A DNA stretch of 24,851 nt. Source: a virus. Lineage: Duplodnaviria; Caudoviricetes. A program made the position numbers and the translations under genes. How positions within the stretch are numbered: the first letter of the stretch is position 1; each line of letters opens with the position of its first letter. The notes beneath the pieces were generated by a model, which ran no database searches, had not been told where the DNA came from, and worked only from the letters and a program-made list of their open reading frames with translations. The DNA lies in the IMG/VR virus record IMGVR_UViG_3300044852_000004, positions 1 through 24,851 of that record. The stretch is one strand, 5' to 3'. Below are positions 1 to 9,354 of this stretch, in pieces.

Positions 1-390
1 ATCAACTGTCTTAGTCTTTGCATTCACTTCATACATGAACTTGTATGGCACGCGGTTACGTTGACTATAAAGCTCAGTTACTTGCGTTCTGTCAGTCTGT
101 TCGATCAATTGGTTATATTTACTCAATGCCCGATCAGTGTCACGCTGCCAAGAGACAAGCTTGAAGCTCAACCTTGGTAGGATAGTCTGATACTTCAGCG
201 ATGTCTGGATGTCAGGATTCTGCTTTAGTCGCGCATCGTACTTCTGCTGGATCGCATAGGAGATCGGTACAAGGATAGTTTTACCATCAGCTCGCACAAT
301 CTTGATTTCGTTGAACACAGCCCCAAACACCCCAGTCAATAGGGTGATGGACTTGTTATACTTAAAACTCTCTAATGAATGCATGATCAT
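1..390 (-). CDS. gp15: Tail terminator / tail sheath stabilizer, T4 gp15-like (N-terminal part, runs off the window)
   Basis: Not in the ORF track. Read manually as MIMHSLESFKYNKSITLLTGVFGAVFNEIKIVR...VPISYAIQQKY...LPRLSF, matching gp15 motifs. ATGA overlap with the gp14 stop; alternative ATG at 384. Confidence 0.9.
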   Translation of the reverse strand, partial: MIMHSLESFKYNKSITLLTGVFGAVFNEIKIVRADGKTILVPISYAIQQKYDARLKQNPDIQTSLKYQTILPRLSFKLVSWQRDTDRALSKYNQLIEQTDRTQVTELYSQRNRVPYKFMYEVNAKTKTVD

Positions 391-1013
391 TTCACCGCGA
401 ATGGGTCTGCTGGATCAAAAGTCGTCTCAGGTTGGAACGTGTCCTCAATGACCTCGTTTTTACCGTATGCGTCAGTTTCGGTTGCAGGATCGAAGTTCAA
501 CACGCCAGAGATGAATGTATTGATGTCAACATCACCCGCATCGATGTCTTCATGGCTAAATTCAAACAATTCCGCGCTAATCTCATAGACAAGCTGCGCT
601 CCCTGTTGGAAGAACGGGCTTTCATTCTCGACATACTTGATTTCAAAGATCGCATTCGTATAAGGCATGAACAGCAAGTCGCCTTCGCGCGGACGTGGAA
701 GGTTTGGGAACTCTTCAGTAAAGCGTGTACGGTTGACCACAAACTTTGCAGTGTCTTTGATTGTCAGACCAAACTTGGTCATCATTTCACCTTCACCGCC
801 CCAACCCTGTACGTTCTGAAGGTACATCTCAATCGACTTTGTGCCGGCGAATGATGATGTTGGGTCTTCACCAAACAGCGCGTTATAGTTGTGGTGCGTG
901 CGCTCCATGTATCGAACATCGACACCGCGCGCCTGAATAGCTTCAATGATCAGGTCATCGGTCAACTGCTGTTCCTCAGTCGCCGTGTAATTCGTCATGT
1001 ATGGGTTGAGCAT
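387..1013 (-). CDS. gp14: Neck / head completion protein, T4 gp14-like
   Basis: Motifs EQQLxDDLIIEAIQxxGxDV, LFGED, IEMY, KFGL, RPREGDL, FEIKYVE, PFFQ. Lies between gp13 and gp15. Confidence 0.93.
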   Translation of the reverse strand: MLNPYMTNYTATEEQQLTDDLIIEAIQARGVDVRYMERTHHNYNALFGEDPTSSFAGTKSIEMYLQNVQGWGGEGEMMTKFGLTIKDTAKFVVNRTRFTEEFPNLPRPREGDLLFMPYTNAIFEIKYVENESPFFQQGAQLVYEISAELFEFSHEDIDAGDVDINTFISGVLNFDPATETDAYGKNEVIEDTFQPETTFDPADPFAVK

Positions 1014-1070
1014 CGCAATACCCTTAAAAGATTCTGTCTATCGCGCCCAGTCGGGTGCATTGTATAAACC

Positions 1071-1078
1071 TATTTAGT
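1071..1078 (-). promoter_or_regulatory. T4-type late promoter (ACTAAATA) for gp14
   Basis: TAAATA core about 60 nt upstream of the gp14 ATG, just after a terminator. Confidence 0.65.
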
Positions 1079-1092
1079 AGAATACAGGTTAT

Positions 1093-1118
1093 AAAAAACC
1101 CGACTATGACGTCGGGTT
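1093..1118 (-). terminator. Rho-independent terminator after the holin-like gene
   Basis: AACCCGAC-loop-GTCGGGTT stem followed by a U-run on the minus strand. Confidence 0.75.
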
Positions 1119-1128
1119 AGTGTTTGGC

Positions 1129-1428
1129 TTATCGCAACTTGTCTTTATCAAACAAGTATGATGTACCGTAGTAGCTGAGTAACAGTGAGATGAGTGCACC
1201 GACGATTGTTACCACTATGCTGTTGAACTCGGCCATCGTCTTCGCTTGATCAAGCGTGATGAACAAGCCTACAAGCGAGTAGTACAAACCAAAGATAACA
1301 AGCGACAGAAACGATCCAACAGCCATACGGCGGCGGATGATCCATTTGAGCTTATCCTTATCGGCCTCTAGTTGGGCACGGGCGCGCTCAAGTTCATCGT
1401 CAATACCGTTGTTGTTTTCGTCTATCAT
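1129..1428 (-). CDS. Small two-TM membrane protein, putative holin-like
   Basis: Acidic N-terminus (DENNNGIDDE), RRRMA motif, two hydrophobic segments, charged C-terminus, GAGG RBS. Confidence 0.6.
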   Translation of the reverse strand: MIDENNNGIDDELERARAQLEADKDKLKWIIRRRMAVGSFLSLVIFGLYYSLVGLFITLDQAKTMAEFNSIVVTIVGALISLLLSYYGTSYLFDKDKLR

Positions 1429-1436
1429 GTCAACCT

Positions 1437-2186
1437 CTAGCCTAGAAAAAAGTCGATAGGCTCTTCGTAAGTGTCTCGAAGGTCGGATTCAAGATCAGCA
1501 ATCTCCTGAGTCGCTTCATCGAATATTTGTTGCCCGTTGACCGAAACACCACCAAGCATTTGGATTTCACCATGCTTTTTCATGTTTTGGCCAAAGTTCT
1601 GTTTGATCAGTGCAGTCGCATAACGCTTCAACCACTTATCATTCCATGCATCTGGAACAGTGTCTGGATCAATCTTCTTGAACACATGGAACGTAATCAC
1701 TTCACCGACTTTCGACGTTTCCAAACCACGATAGATCATCAGTTTCGACTTATGCTTCGTGAACTCGAAGCGTTCGGTTGTGTTAACCATGTCGTTCGTG
1801 TCTTGCAAGTTTGTCATGGTCATGTAGTAGTTCAACATGTCCAGCGGTTGAAACGGTGACAAGTTCTGCATCATGTACTGGTAACGATAACTGAACAGAC
1901 TATCTGAACCGTGTTCCTTGTAAATCGTCGACATCGGAATCATCTGGTCAACGGTCATGATGTCTGACGGTAACGTGATGTAGCCATTCAGGATGTCTTG
2001 ATCGGTCAGCGCATAGCCGATCCAAGCCTTTTCAGTACCATCATAGTGTTTGTCATTCCAAGCCTGAATCGCATCATCAATGCGATCCTGTACCTGAGAG
2101 TCGGACACGTTGATGCGGATAACAGGCTTACCGAGCTTGCGTAGGCAATACTCGGCGAAGTCTGAGCGAGTTGTAATATCCGCCAT
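1437..2186 (-). CDS. gp13: Neck protein, T4 gp13-like
   Basis: Motifs YCLRKLGKPVIRINV, QVQDRIDDA, HYDG, WLKRYATALIK, GGVSVNG. Start set at ATG 2186 (TAATG overlap). Confidence 0.93.
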   Translation of the reverse strand: MADITTRSDFAEYCLRKLGKPVIRINVSDSQVQDRIDDAIQAWNDKHYDGTEKAWIGYALTDQDILNGYITLPSDIMTVDQMIPMSTIYKEHGSDSLFSYRYQYMMQNLSPFQPLDMLNYYMTMTNLQDTNDMVNTTERFEFTKHKSKLMIYRGLETSKVGEVITFHVFKKIDPDTVPDAWNDKWLKRYATALIKQNFGQNMKKHGEIQMLGGVSVNGQQIFDEATQEIADLESDLRDTYEEPIDFFLG

Positions 2187-2764
2187 TAGAGCACCACCCA
2201 CACTGCGCCAGGTGAAACAGTCACAGTTATACCTGGCGAAACTACTGGATCAATCGACAGGCCGTTCTTCGTTGCCGGGATAGTCACATCCAAGTCAATG
2301 TTTTTGTCGAACTGAAGGACGCTACTTGCAGAACCAGCAGAACCAGACGACATACTGAACTGAGTACGAAGGTCAGTGTAGTTGGTCAACTGTGTTGAGT
2401 CGGTTGTGAAGATCGCAATAGGCAACACATTCTTCTCAGGTACAGCGTTAGTCGCGTACAACTGAAGAGATGGAGCAAAGTTGTCGACTTTGTAGATCGC
2501 CAATACTCGGGTCGAGTTAGCAGGCATTATCACGATAGAGTCAGTCAGAAACTCAACAACCGAACCGTTACGGACAGTCCCACCATAGATCGAAATGCTC
2601 AGACCAGAAGTTGTTGCTCGGTTATATGTGAATGGACCTGTAATAGCCAAGTTCGCGACGTAATCATCAAACTCTTGCGTTGACGCAATATGGTCCTGCA
2701 CAAGTGCATTGATCTTTGTTTTCCAATCAGCGAACGTATCGCTGAACACCAATTCACTTACCAT
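2186..2764 (-). CDS. Virion structural protein at the wac/fibritin position, putative fibre adaptor
   Basis: N-terminal DTFxxWKxKIN motif of T4-like virion proteins; C-terminal TIPxxxNGLS...GITVTVxxGAVWVVL motif; directly upstream of gp13. Confidence 0.6.
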   Translation of the reverse strand: MVSELVFSDTFADWKTKINALVQDHIASTQEFDDYVANLAITGPFTYNRATTSGLSISIYGGTVRNGSVVEFLTDSIVIMPANSTRVLAIYKVDNFAPSLQLYATNAVPEKNVLPIAIFTTDSTQLTNYTDLRTQFSMSSGSAGSASSVLQFDKNIDLDVTIPATKNGLSIDPVVSPGITVTVSPGAVWVVL

Positions 2765-2972
2765 TTTTCATTTCCTCTAGAAGCTGGTTGAGTAAGCCTT
2801 CAAGCCGTTCAACCTTCTTCTCTAAGTTGTCAAGGTGTGCCTTCTCATTCAACTTTCGCTCTTGGAGCTGTCGTGCCATGAGTAAGGCCTCTCTGTCGGT
2901 ATTTAGAACACCACCCGAATGCGCGTCCTTGCGCAAACCTGGTATGCCCTCTACGTAAAGTAGATCGTTCAT
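2754..2972 (-). CDS. Small conserved T4-like virion-cluster protein (72 aa, coiled-coil C-terminus)
   Basis: VEGxxGLRKDxxSGGVLNTD motif, as in the small gene following VrlC-like genes. Start at 2972 via TAATG overlap. Confidence 0.7.
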   Translation of the reverse strand: MNDLLYVEGIPGLRKDAHSGGVLNTDREALLMARQLQERKLNEKAHLDNLEKKVERLEGLLNQLLEEMKNGK

Positions 2973-5900
2973 TAAGTCCCCAGCGCCAGTCCGCGCAGTC
3001 GTTTGGCCATTGGTACGTTGCACGATGAATTCGATGTCATGACGATCTTGAACTGGTAGAAGCTGAACAGTGTCAGAGCGTCTTTGGCATACTGGAACTC
3101 ATTGAACACCATTGGATCAGTTGAAGTTTTGGTCGACACCGCAGGCATCGCAGCCCAGACCTTATCAGTAACTTCCTGTTCAGTGTTACCAGTGCGGTAG
3201 AACACTTGGAAGTTGGACCCTTGCGGTTGATTCACGTCAACAAACAGTTTGAGAGCGCTTGCAGCGTTCGCCAGACCGATGACCTTAGTCAAGTATCGAG
3301 CGTAAGCGTTGCCGCCCGTAGCCGCTGTCTCAGTGACTGTAGTAGGGTTGTTGATGCGGTTCACGATACCGATAATCCCAGCGCGGTTCATGTCGATAAC
3401 AGGTGAGAGGTTATCAACGAACGAAACCAAACCAGCAGTAACGATACCAGCCGGAGCAGCAAGCGTTACAGCATTAGCGTTAGGGATAACGTGCGGTACT
3501 GCCAGCAAGTTGTTCGCACCCGGTGTAATGTTTAGAGACGCTGCTTGTTGGTACGGAGTTTCAGTACCGTCAACAGATTGTCCAGTAGTACCACGGTAAG
3601 TCCAATTGATCGCAGTTTGATCGAACAGCAAGTTCTCAATGATCGGCTGCATTGCCGACATTGCCATACTCTTGCCCGAAGTTACGGCAGCACCACCAAA
3701 CGAACCGCTAGTGGTTGCGTTAGTAGTCGATTTGAACGTCACGTGGTCAGGGTCAACAACAGTGAACACAGTTTGCAGAGTGTTCAATTCACCTAGAGGG
3801 ATACCAGGACCAACATCAACGCCCAAAATATTGAACTTCGAACCAACAAACAAGCCGTGGTTTGGTAGAGTCATAGTGATAATGTTAGACGCGGCAGTCG
3901 ACTTCAACGAGTTCGCAGCCAGTGTCACACGATCAGGAGTACCCATTACCAAACCTGCATTGAACACAGTGTTGGTGCTGAATTGCGCAGTGTTGATCTT
4001 GAACTTCATATCCGACAACTGATCTTCAGACCAAGTGCTGTTGTTCTGCGACTTGAAGAGCACACCCACTGCTGGTTGTTTCGAGATAGCAATGTTACCA
4101 ACCAGAGACGTGTGACCCATAGTGGCGATGAACGCGTTATAGTTGTTGCTGTTCGACATCAACACGAAGCAGTATTCGTTGCCATCTGCAAGGTACACAG
4201 GGCTTTCCATTACGAACTTAGTGCTTGCGGTGCCGTTAGTCGACACGTTCACTTGGCTCGGGTTCAGAGACACAGTGCTGTAAGGCACGATGTTTTTACC
4301 AGGTACACCTGCTTCCATATCACGAATCTGAATCGACACTGGCATTACAGCATCTTTAGTCTTGAAGAATACTTCGATGCTAGTAACAAATACACCACCA
4401 GACTTCTCAACAAAGAACGACTGCGCCAATGGGTCCCAAGGTTTAACTACCGAGCTAGTCACTTGCGAGATAGTTGAGGTAGTCACAACAGTTTGCGACA
4501 ACAGGTTCAGGGTACCTTTAGCGGTGTAACTTGCACCAGTGTACGACAGTGAAGTTTCACGCACGTTGTTGGCGTTGTCGATCAGGGTAAACTGCTTAGT
4601 ACCTGTACGGAAACGCAGAGCGGTCGTATTAGGGATCAAGAATGTACCCGAGATATTACCCAAGCTATCAACGTACATCGGTGCGCCGTAAGCTTGTACG
4701 CCTTGCTTGCAGTATGCAGTCACGTTGACGTCATCGAAGAACGCATAGACGCGACTGAACGGCATCAGACCCTGAGCAGAAAACGCAACTTCGCGTGAAC
4801 GCATGTACGGAATATCTGAAGTGCCCACTTGGTTAGTGATAGTCGACGACGATGTGGTCACAACGTTCTGAGTTGTGGTCGTTGTAGACGAACCTACACG
4901 CGAGTGACGCAATGCTGAGTCGTTCGGGTTAGTTGTGTTCCAAGTAGTGTTACCGTTGTGCATTGTGTACACGACAGATGGCGGAGTGCTTGACCAGCTA
5001 CCTACAGTTTGGCTGACGTTGTTACGTTCAATGATAGTGCTATCATACCAAACGTCGCTGTTTGGAGACAGGGTCAAAGTGCCGTTCCAACGGTATACAG
5101 CATACGGGTTGATGTTCAGTGCATCAGACGCAAGCAACTGCGACAAGAACACGCGCTCGGTATACGGTAGTGTGATCAATGAACCTGTTTTCACAGCACC
5201 AGTCGAGTACGCAGGGTCAAGCGTCAGACCTACGAAGTCAACACCGATACCTGGGCTCATGATGCTGCTGTCGATGTTACAGTTAAACTCGGCTACAGTC
5301 GAAGCGGCTACTGAGTAATCAGAAAAGCCATCTGTCACAAAACCGTTCTTGAACCGGTTCAGACCAGTAGACGGATCGGTGATCTGCATCGAGTTAGTTT
5401 CAGTTTCGAGCAACGACAACGAGGTGTAATACTCGATATTCGCAATTCGATCTTCCAACTTGCCGATGTCACGCATAGTGTAACGACGGTTGTTGATGAA
5501 CACCGACTGAATATCGGTCACATCGCTCGTGTAGGCAGGAACGATCAACTTATACAGGGTCATTGTGTTATCTGGAGCATTCGGCTCAGCAGGGTTAACC
5601 GCTGGAACACCTTTGACGACACCAAAAGTACCCTTCGAATCAACATACACTTTGTCGACACGTGGCAAGTACTGATCCAGATCGCAACGGAACAGTGTGT
5701 ATGGTGCTGGAACTTCGACGAACGATGAACCTGTACCAGTGAACGCAGTCCCTGCATCGCTGAAGCGAGGGCGGAAGTCGATCATGTCGGCCATGCTAGT
5801 GGAAGAGTTGCTTGCAGCGTCAACAGGGATGCTTGGGTAAGCAACAGTGCTGTAGGAATCGACGTTGAAGTAATCACCTGCACCGTGCAAGTAATATTCG

Positions 5901-7888
5901 AAGTTGATCACTAGATCGTTGGTCGGCAGAGACTCACCAGCCAGAAGTTCGATGTTCGACACACCGTAATATTCAGGCGTAATGTTTGTGTTCAGCTTGT
6001 ATTTGGTAGTTTTGTCGACACCGTTTTCAACAACAGAAACGATCTTGTAGACGTCAGCCTTATCAAGTTGAACTTTGCGGTTGACCATAGAACCAGCAGT
6101 CTTGGTCACGTTCGCAACAGTTTTGGTCTTAGTCTTTTGAACCGCTTGCTGTTTGATCACTTCAACGTTGATCGTGATTGGCAACGAAGCAGCGCCCGCA
6201 CCAAGTGCGATAGTCAGCGACGAACCTACAGGCACACCACCCAGAGTCGAGATCGAAGCAATCTCACGGGTTACAGCAGCACCAGCAGGCTTGTATGATG
6301 CAACGCTATTGAGTGCAGTTGGTGCGGCGAAACTTTCATTACTGCCAGCAGACAATACAACAGTACCAGAAGAGTCCGAAGTCGCAGTGTATTGACGGAT
6401 AACCGAGAACGAGGTATCGCTAACACCACCTGGTGACAGGGTCTTGACCACTTTAACTGGCAGAGTGTAAGTCAGGCCATGGTTAACCGAGTTGACCAGT
6501 TCTGGAACAGTCAGAAGGTTTGCAGTGAAAGCAACAGTACCAGCAGCGTATACCGACTTAGCTGTCGCAATGAAGCTAGAGTCGTTTGTGCCTGCGGCAG
6601 AGCGCACGTTGAAGATGTAGACCAGCAACTGACCAGCAATAGGCCCAAGAGTCGAGTAACGCACGTTTGCAGTACCCAGCACGCTACCAGGAGGAACAGC
6701 ACCCGGAGTCGACGAAACGCCTGAGTAGAATGTGACAGTCTGGAACGTGTTGCTAACTGGCAGAATGTTATGACCAGTAACGGCAATGTAGTTGCCGACT
6801 GGAACAGTCAGGGCAGTGTTGTTCAGGTGACCAGTAGCACGCGCTTTATCAACGTCGATGTAACGGGTTGCGAAGTTCTCAACCTCATAGCCACGAACGT
6901 ATGCTTTACCAGGCTCAACACCGACAACGAACTTAGCTTCGTCACCAGTTGGTGCAGGGTAAAGACCACCGTTGCTGTTTGCGTTGAGGTGTTCACGCAG
7001 ACGTAGGTTGAATGCGGTTACAGTGTAGTCACCCGATTCATCGTAAGTGCGGCGAGCCATAGTATCGGCCAGGACGCTGTAAGTCGATGCTGTGGTTTTC
7101 TTGCGTTCAACGCCTTCTTCAAACTGAGCAAGTTCGATGAATGTCGAGCGGTCGAACACTTCGTTCAAGCCGTAAACTTCAAGGGTCAGAACTTTCTTCA
7201 GACGATCAGCACCGATTGCGTTCTTGTTACCGACATCAACCAGAGTAGCGTCAGTAGTCCAGTCAACAACCGACTCTTCTAGACGGAAGCCCACAACAGA
7301 GCTTGGCTGGTTAGTGTACTTACCAAGCACAATACGTTGCGCATTGGTGCGGATGAAGTCACCGTTGAAGTAGAAAATGCCAGCGTTGATCGAAAACACG
7401 GAACCTTGACCAGTAGTGATCGCAGTAACTTGAGCAAAGTCACTGTCACCAGAGTAGGACAGGGTCAGGGTCTCGCCGTCAGCAAAACGAGATTCACCGG
7501 CGTTACCACTTGATTCGTACTTGAGGTAGAAAGTTACAGGATCGGTCAGCGTATCAGCAACGTACTGAACAACAGTCGCAATAACACCCGTAGTGTTACC
7601 TTCAACGGTTACAGTATTCGCCGACAGAATTTCAGAGATTGCGGAAAAGTCAACGTTGGTGAGTGTGACGTACTCGTATGCGTAATCGTAGTTACTCTCA
7701 CCGTTAGCGACCATCGAGCCGTTTTCGAAGATGTGAGATCCGAACCGTTCGATTTGCGTTTGAAACATTGTCTGCAACTGATTCAGCTCACGGACTTGAA
7801 CGCCGACGCGAGGCTTGAACAATACCTTGTGGTAGTTCTTAGTCTCATCGTAGTCGTCGAAGTATGGAGCAAATGCTGTATTGACCAT
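2972..7888 (-). CDS. Large virion structural protein, VrlC / DUF4815-like
   Basis: 1638 aa. Motifs PYFDDYD...KVLFKP...QVRELNQLQ, GADRLK, ARRTYDESGDY, RRYTMRDIGKLEDRI, RFKNGFVTD, DPLAQSF. Confidence 0.88.
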   Translation of the reverse strand: MVNTAFAPYFDDYDETKNYHKVLFKPRVGVQVRELNQLQTMFQTQIERFGSHIFENGSMVANGESNYDYAYEYVTLTNVDFSAISEILSANTVTVEGNTTGVIATVVQYVADTLTDPVTFYLKYESSGNAGESRFADGETLTLSYSGDSDFAQVTAITTGQGSVFSINAGIFYFNGDFIRTNAQRIVLGKYTNQPSSVVGFRLEESVVDWTTDATLVDVGNKNAIGADRLKKVLTLEVYGLNEVFDRSTFIELAQFEEGVERKKTTASTYSVLADTMARRTYDESGDYTVTAFNLRLREHLNANSNGGLYPAPTGDEAKFVVGVEPGKAYVRGYEVENFATRYIDVDKARATGHLNNTALTVPVGNYIAVTGHNILPVSNTFQTVTFYSGVSSTPGAVPPGSVLGTANVRYSTLGPIAGQLLVYIFNVRSAAGTNDSSFIATAKSVYAAGTVAFTANLLTVPELVNSVNHGLTYTLPVKVVKTLSPGGVSDTSFSVIRQYTATSDSSGTVVLSAGSNESFAAPTALNSVASYKPAGAAVTREIASISTLGGVPVGSSLTIALGAGAASLPITINVEVIKQQAVQKTKTKTVANVTKTAGSMVNRKVQLDKADVYKIVSVVENGVDKTTKYKLNTNITPEYYGVSNIELLAGESLPTNDLVINFEYYLHGAGDYFNVDSYSTVAYPSIPVDAASNSSTSMADMIDFRPRFSDAGTAFTGTGSSFVEVPAPYTLFRCDLDQYLPRVDKVYVDSKGTFGVVKGVPAVNPAEPNAPDNTMTLYKLIVPAYTSDVTDIQSVFINNRRYTMRDIGKLEDRIANIEYYTSLSLLETETNSMQITDPSTGLNRFKNGFVTDGFSDYSVAASTVAEFNCNIDSSIMSPGIGVDFVGLTLDPAYSTGAVKTGSLITLPYTERVFLSQLLASDALNINPYAVYRWNGTLTLSPNSDVWYDSTIIERNNVSQTVGSWSSTPPSVVYTMHNGNTTWNTTNPNDSALRHSRVGSSTTTTTQNVVTTSSSTITNQVGTSDIPYMRSREVAFSAQGLMPFSRVYAFFDDVNVTAYCKQGVQAYGAPMYVDSLGNISGTFLIPNTTALRFRTGTKQFTLIDNANNVRETSLSYTGASYTAKGTLNLLSQTVVTTSTISQVTSSVVKPWDPLAQSFFVEKSGGVFVTSIEVFFKTKDAVMPVSIQIRDMEAGVPGKNIVPYSTVSLNPSQVNVSTNGTASTKFVMESPVYLADGNEYCFVLMSNSNNYNAFIATMGHTSLVGNIAISKQPAVGVLFKSQNNSTWSEDQLSDMKFKINTAQFSTNTVFNAGLVMGTPDRVTLAANSLKSTAASNIITMTLPNHGLFVGSKFNILGVDVGPGIPLGELNTLQTVFTVVDPDHVTFKSTTNATTSGSFGGAAVTSGKSMAMSAMQPIIENLLFDQTAINWTYRGTTGQSVDGTETPYQQAASLNITPGANNLLAVPHVIPNANAVTLAAPAGIVTAGLVSFVDNLSPVIDMNRAGIIGIVNRINNPTTVTETAATGGNAYARYLTKVIGLANAASALKLFVDVNQPQGSNFQVFYRTGNTEQEVTDKVWAAMPAVSTKTSTDPMVFNEFQYAKDALTLFSFYQFKIVMTSNSSCNVPMAKRLRGLALGT

Positions 7889-7924
7889 ATTATGTGTTCT
7901 CTTAAAGAAAGGCTCTATAGGTCT

Positions 7925-7932
7925 TATTTATA
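7925..7932 (-). promoter_or_regulatory. T4 late promoter TATAAATA for the VrlC-like gene
   Basis: Exact T4 late consensus 37 nt upstream of the ATG. Confidence 0.8.
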
Positions 7933-7934
7933 CC

Positions 7935-7959
7935 AAAATGCGCCAAAGGATGGCGCATT
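7935..7959 (-). terminator. Terminator after gp8
   Basis: AATGCGCCA-loop-TGGCGCATT stem followed by TT on the minus strand. Confidence 0.65.
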
Positions 7960-7985
7960 GTTAAAAGGTCAATTTAATCCCTAAT

Positions 7986-9299
7986 TCAAAATCCTATGAT
8001 GAAACGGATTTCTTCCGACTGTGTATCGTTGCGCGTGATGAACTGTCTGTTGGAGATGTACATGAACTCACCGGTGCGGGCCACGAGATCAGCAGCCGAC
8101 GAAACTGAACTAACGAGCACTAGGTTGGTGTTGTTCTCGACTCGCTCAATGGTCGCACTGATGTCAACACTGACAACTGTCTCAGACTGAATGAACGCAC
8201 CAACAACGGTGTCGATCCAAAGTGTCCGGTCATTGTCGTCAACAAGACGAATAACCCCTGTTGCCCCTGTTGTGCTCCCTGTGACAGTCGCGCCAGCTTC
8301 AAAGCCGTTAGTCGTAGCCACAGTGATCTTCGAGCCGTGTTCGTTGCTCATAGGCTTATACAGGAGCCCAGCTTGACGGAACGTTGAAGTTGGGAATTCG
8401 CCACCTTCAGTACCACTCAAGGTCATCTTGATCATCTTGTTTACGCCACCCAATTCAAGCTTGGCGTCTTTACCGTGACCACCGACTGGTGCAATGATCG
8501 CTACAGAAGTGCAGCCATTACCCGATCCGACGTTGTTCAGTGCTACTGTTGCTACTGTGTAGCCACTCCCAGGGTTCGTGATCAGAATGCGTGTGATCGC
8601 ACCAGAGATTGGGTGAACAGATGCTTGTGCAGTTGCACCAGTACCGTCACCAGTGATGACCACAGTAGGTGGAATTGCAGGGTTGTAGCTCGCACCACCA
8701 GTTTTAACCACGATGTCATGAATACCACCGTCAACAGCGTTCTCTTGCACTTGCCATTGCGACGAACCATCATTTGCGATAATCGTGTAGACAGGCATCC
8801 AATCTTGTGTCAAGAAACTGAACACATCAGTCGAACGAATAGTGTACATGTACTTCCAGATATAACCGTCTGGTGTTTTAAACTCGGTGATTTGCTGCGA
8901 CGTAGGCTTAGTAGTCGAAGCCGCACCGTTATTGTTTGACAGGCACTTGTAGACGTTGAACTCATCGGTCAGCGCATAGAAACGATACTTAGTACCATTA
9001 CTTTTGCGGTCATCGATCATATTCAGCGTGTCGTCATATGCATCGTACACCGAGTTTGACGTCCAGTTGATACGCTGAATGACCGAAGTCATTGTATCTG
9101 GTGTCACGCGCTTAACTGCTAACAGGTTTTTGTAGAGCTGAGACAAGTCCTTAGTTGATTCGGTAGGCACGTCAGGCAACTCTTCGTCAGCCCAAGAAGT
9201 GTCCTTACCAATGAATAGGTATGTTGGTTGTTCGGAGATTCGCTTAGCGAACGTCTCCGAATTCAAAATCCGGAGTGAGTTAGAAATGATACTTGACAT
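7986..9299 (-). CDS. gp8: Baseplate wedge subunit, T4 gp8-like
   Basis: Motifs YLFIGK..W, RINWT, VYKCLSNN, DGYIWKYMYTI, GGHG, FRQ.GL, GE.MYISNR..ITR. Confidence 0.88.
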   Translation of the reverse strand: MSSIISNSLRILNSETFAKRISEQPTYLFIGKDTSWADEELPDVPTESTKDLSQLYKNLLAVKRVTPDTMTSVIQRINWTSNSVYDAYDDTLNMIDDRKSNGTKYRFYALTDEFNVYKCLSNNNGAASTTKPTSQQITEFKTPDGYIWKYMYTIRSTDVFSFLTQDWMPVYTIIANDGSSQWQVQENAVDGGIHDIVVKTGGASYNPAIPPTVVITGDGTGATAQASVHPISGAITRILITNPGSGYTVATVALNNVGSGNGCTSVAIIAPVGGHGKDAKLELGGVNKMIKMTLSGTEGGEFPTSTFRQAGLLYKPMSNEHGSKITVATTNGFEAGATVTGSTTGATGVIRLVDDNDRTLWIDTVVGAFIQSETVVSVDISATIERVENNTNLVLVSSVSSAADLVARTGEFMYISNRQFITRNDTQSEEIRFIIGF

Positions 9300-9337
9300 G
9301 TTTATTCCTGATTAGGTGTGTCAGAGTGTAGTAACAG

Positions 9338-9345
9338 TATTTACT
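9338..9345 (-). promoter_or_regulatory. Late promoter variant (AGTAAATA) for gp8
   Basis: TAAATA core about 40 nt upstream of the ATG, inside an inverted repeat. Confidence 0.55.
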
Positions 9346-9354
9346 ACACCACGT

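Noticed and set aside
2973-3023. Extended start of the 89-aa ORF inside the VrlC-like gene
   Set aside because: The TAATG overlap at 2970-2974 gives a more plausible start.
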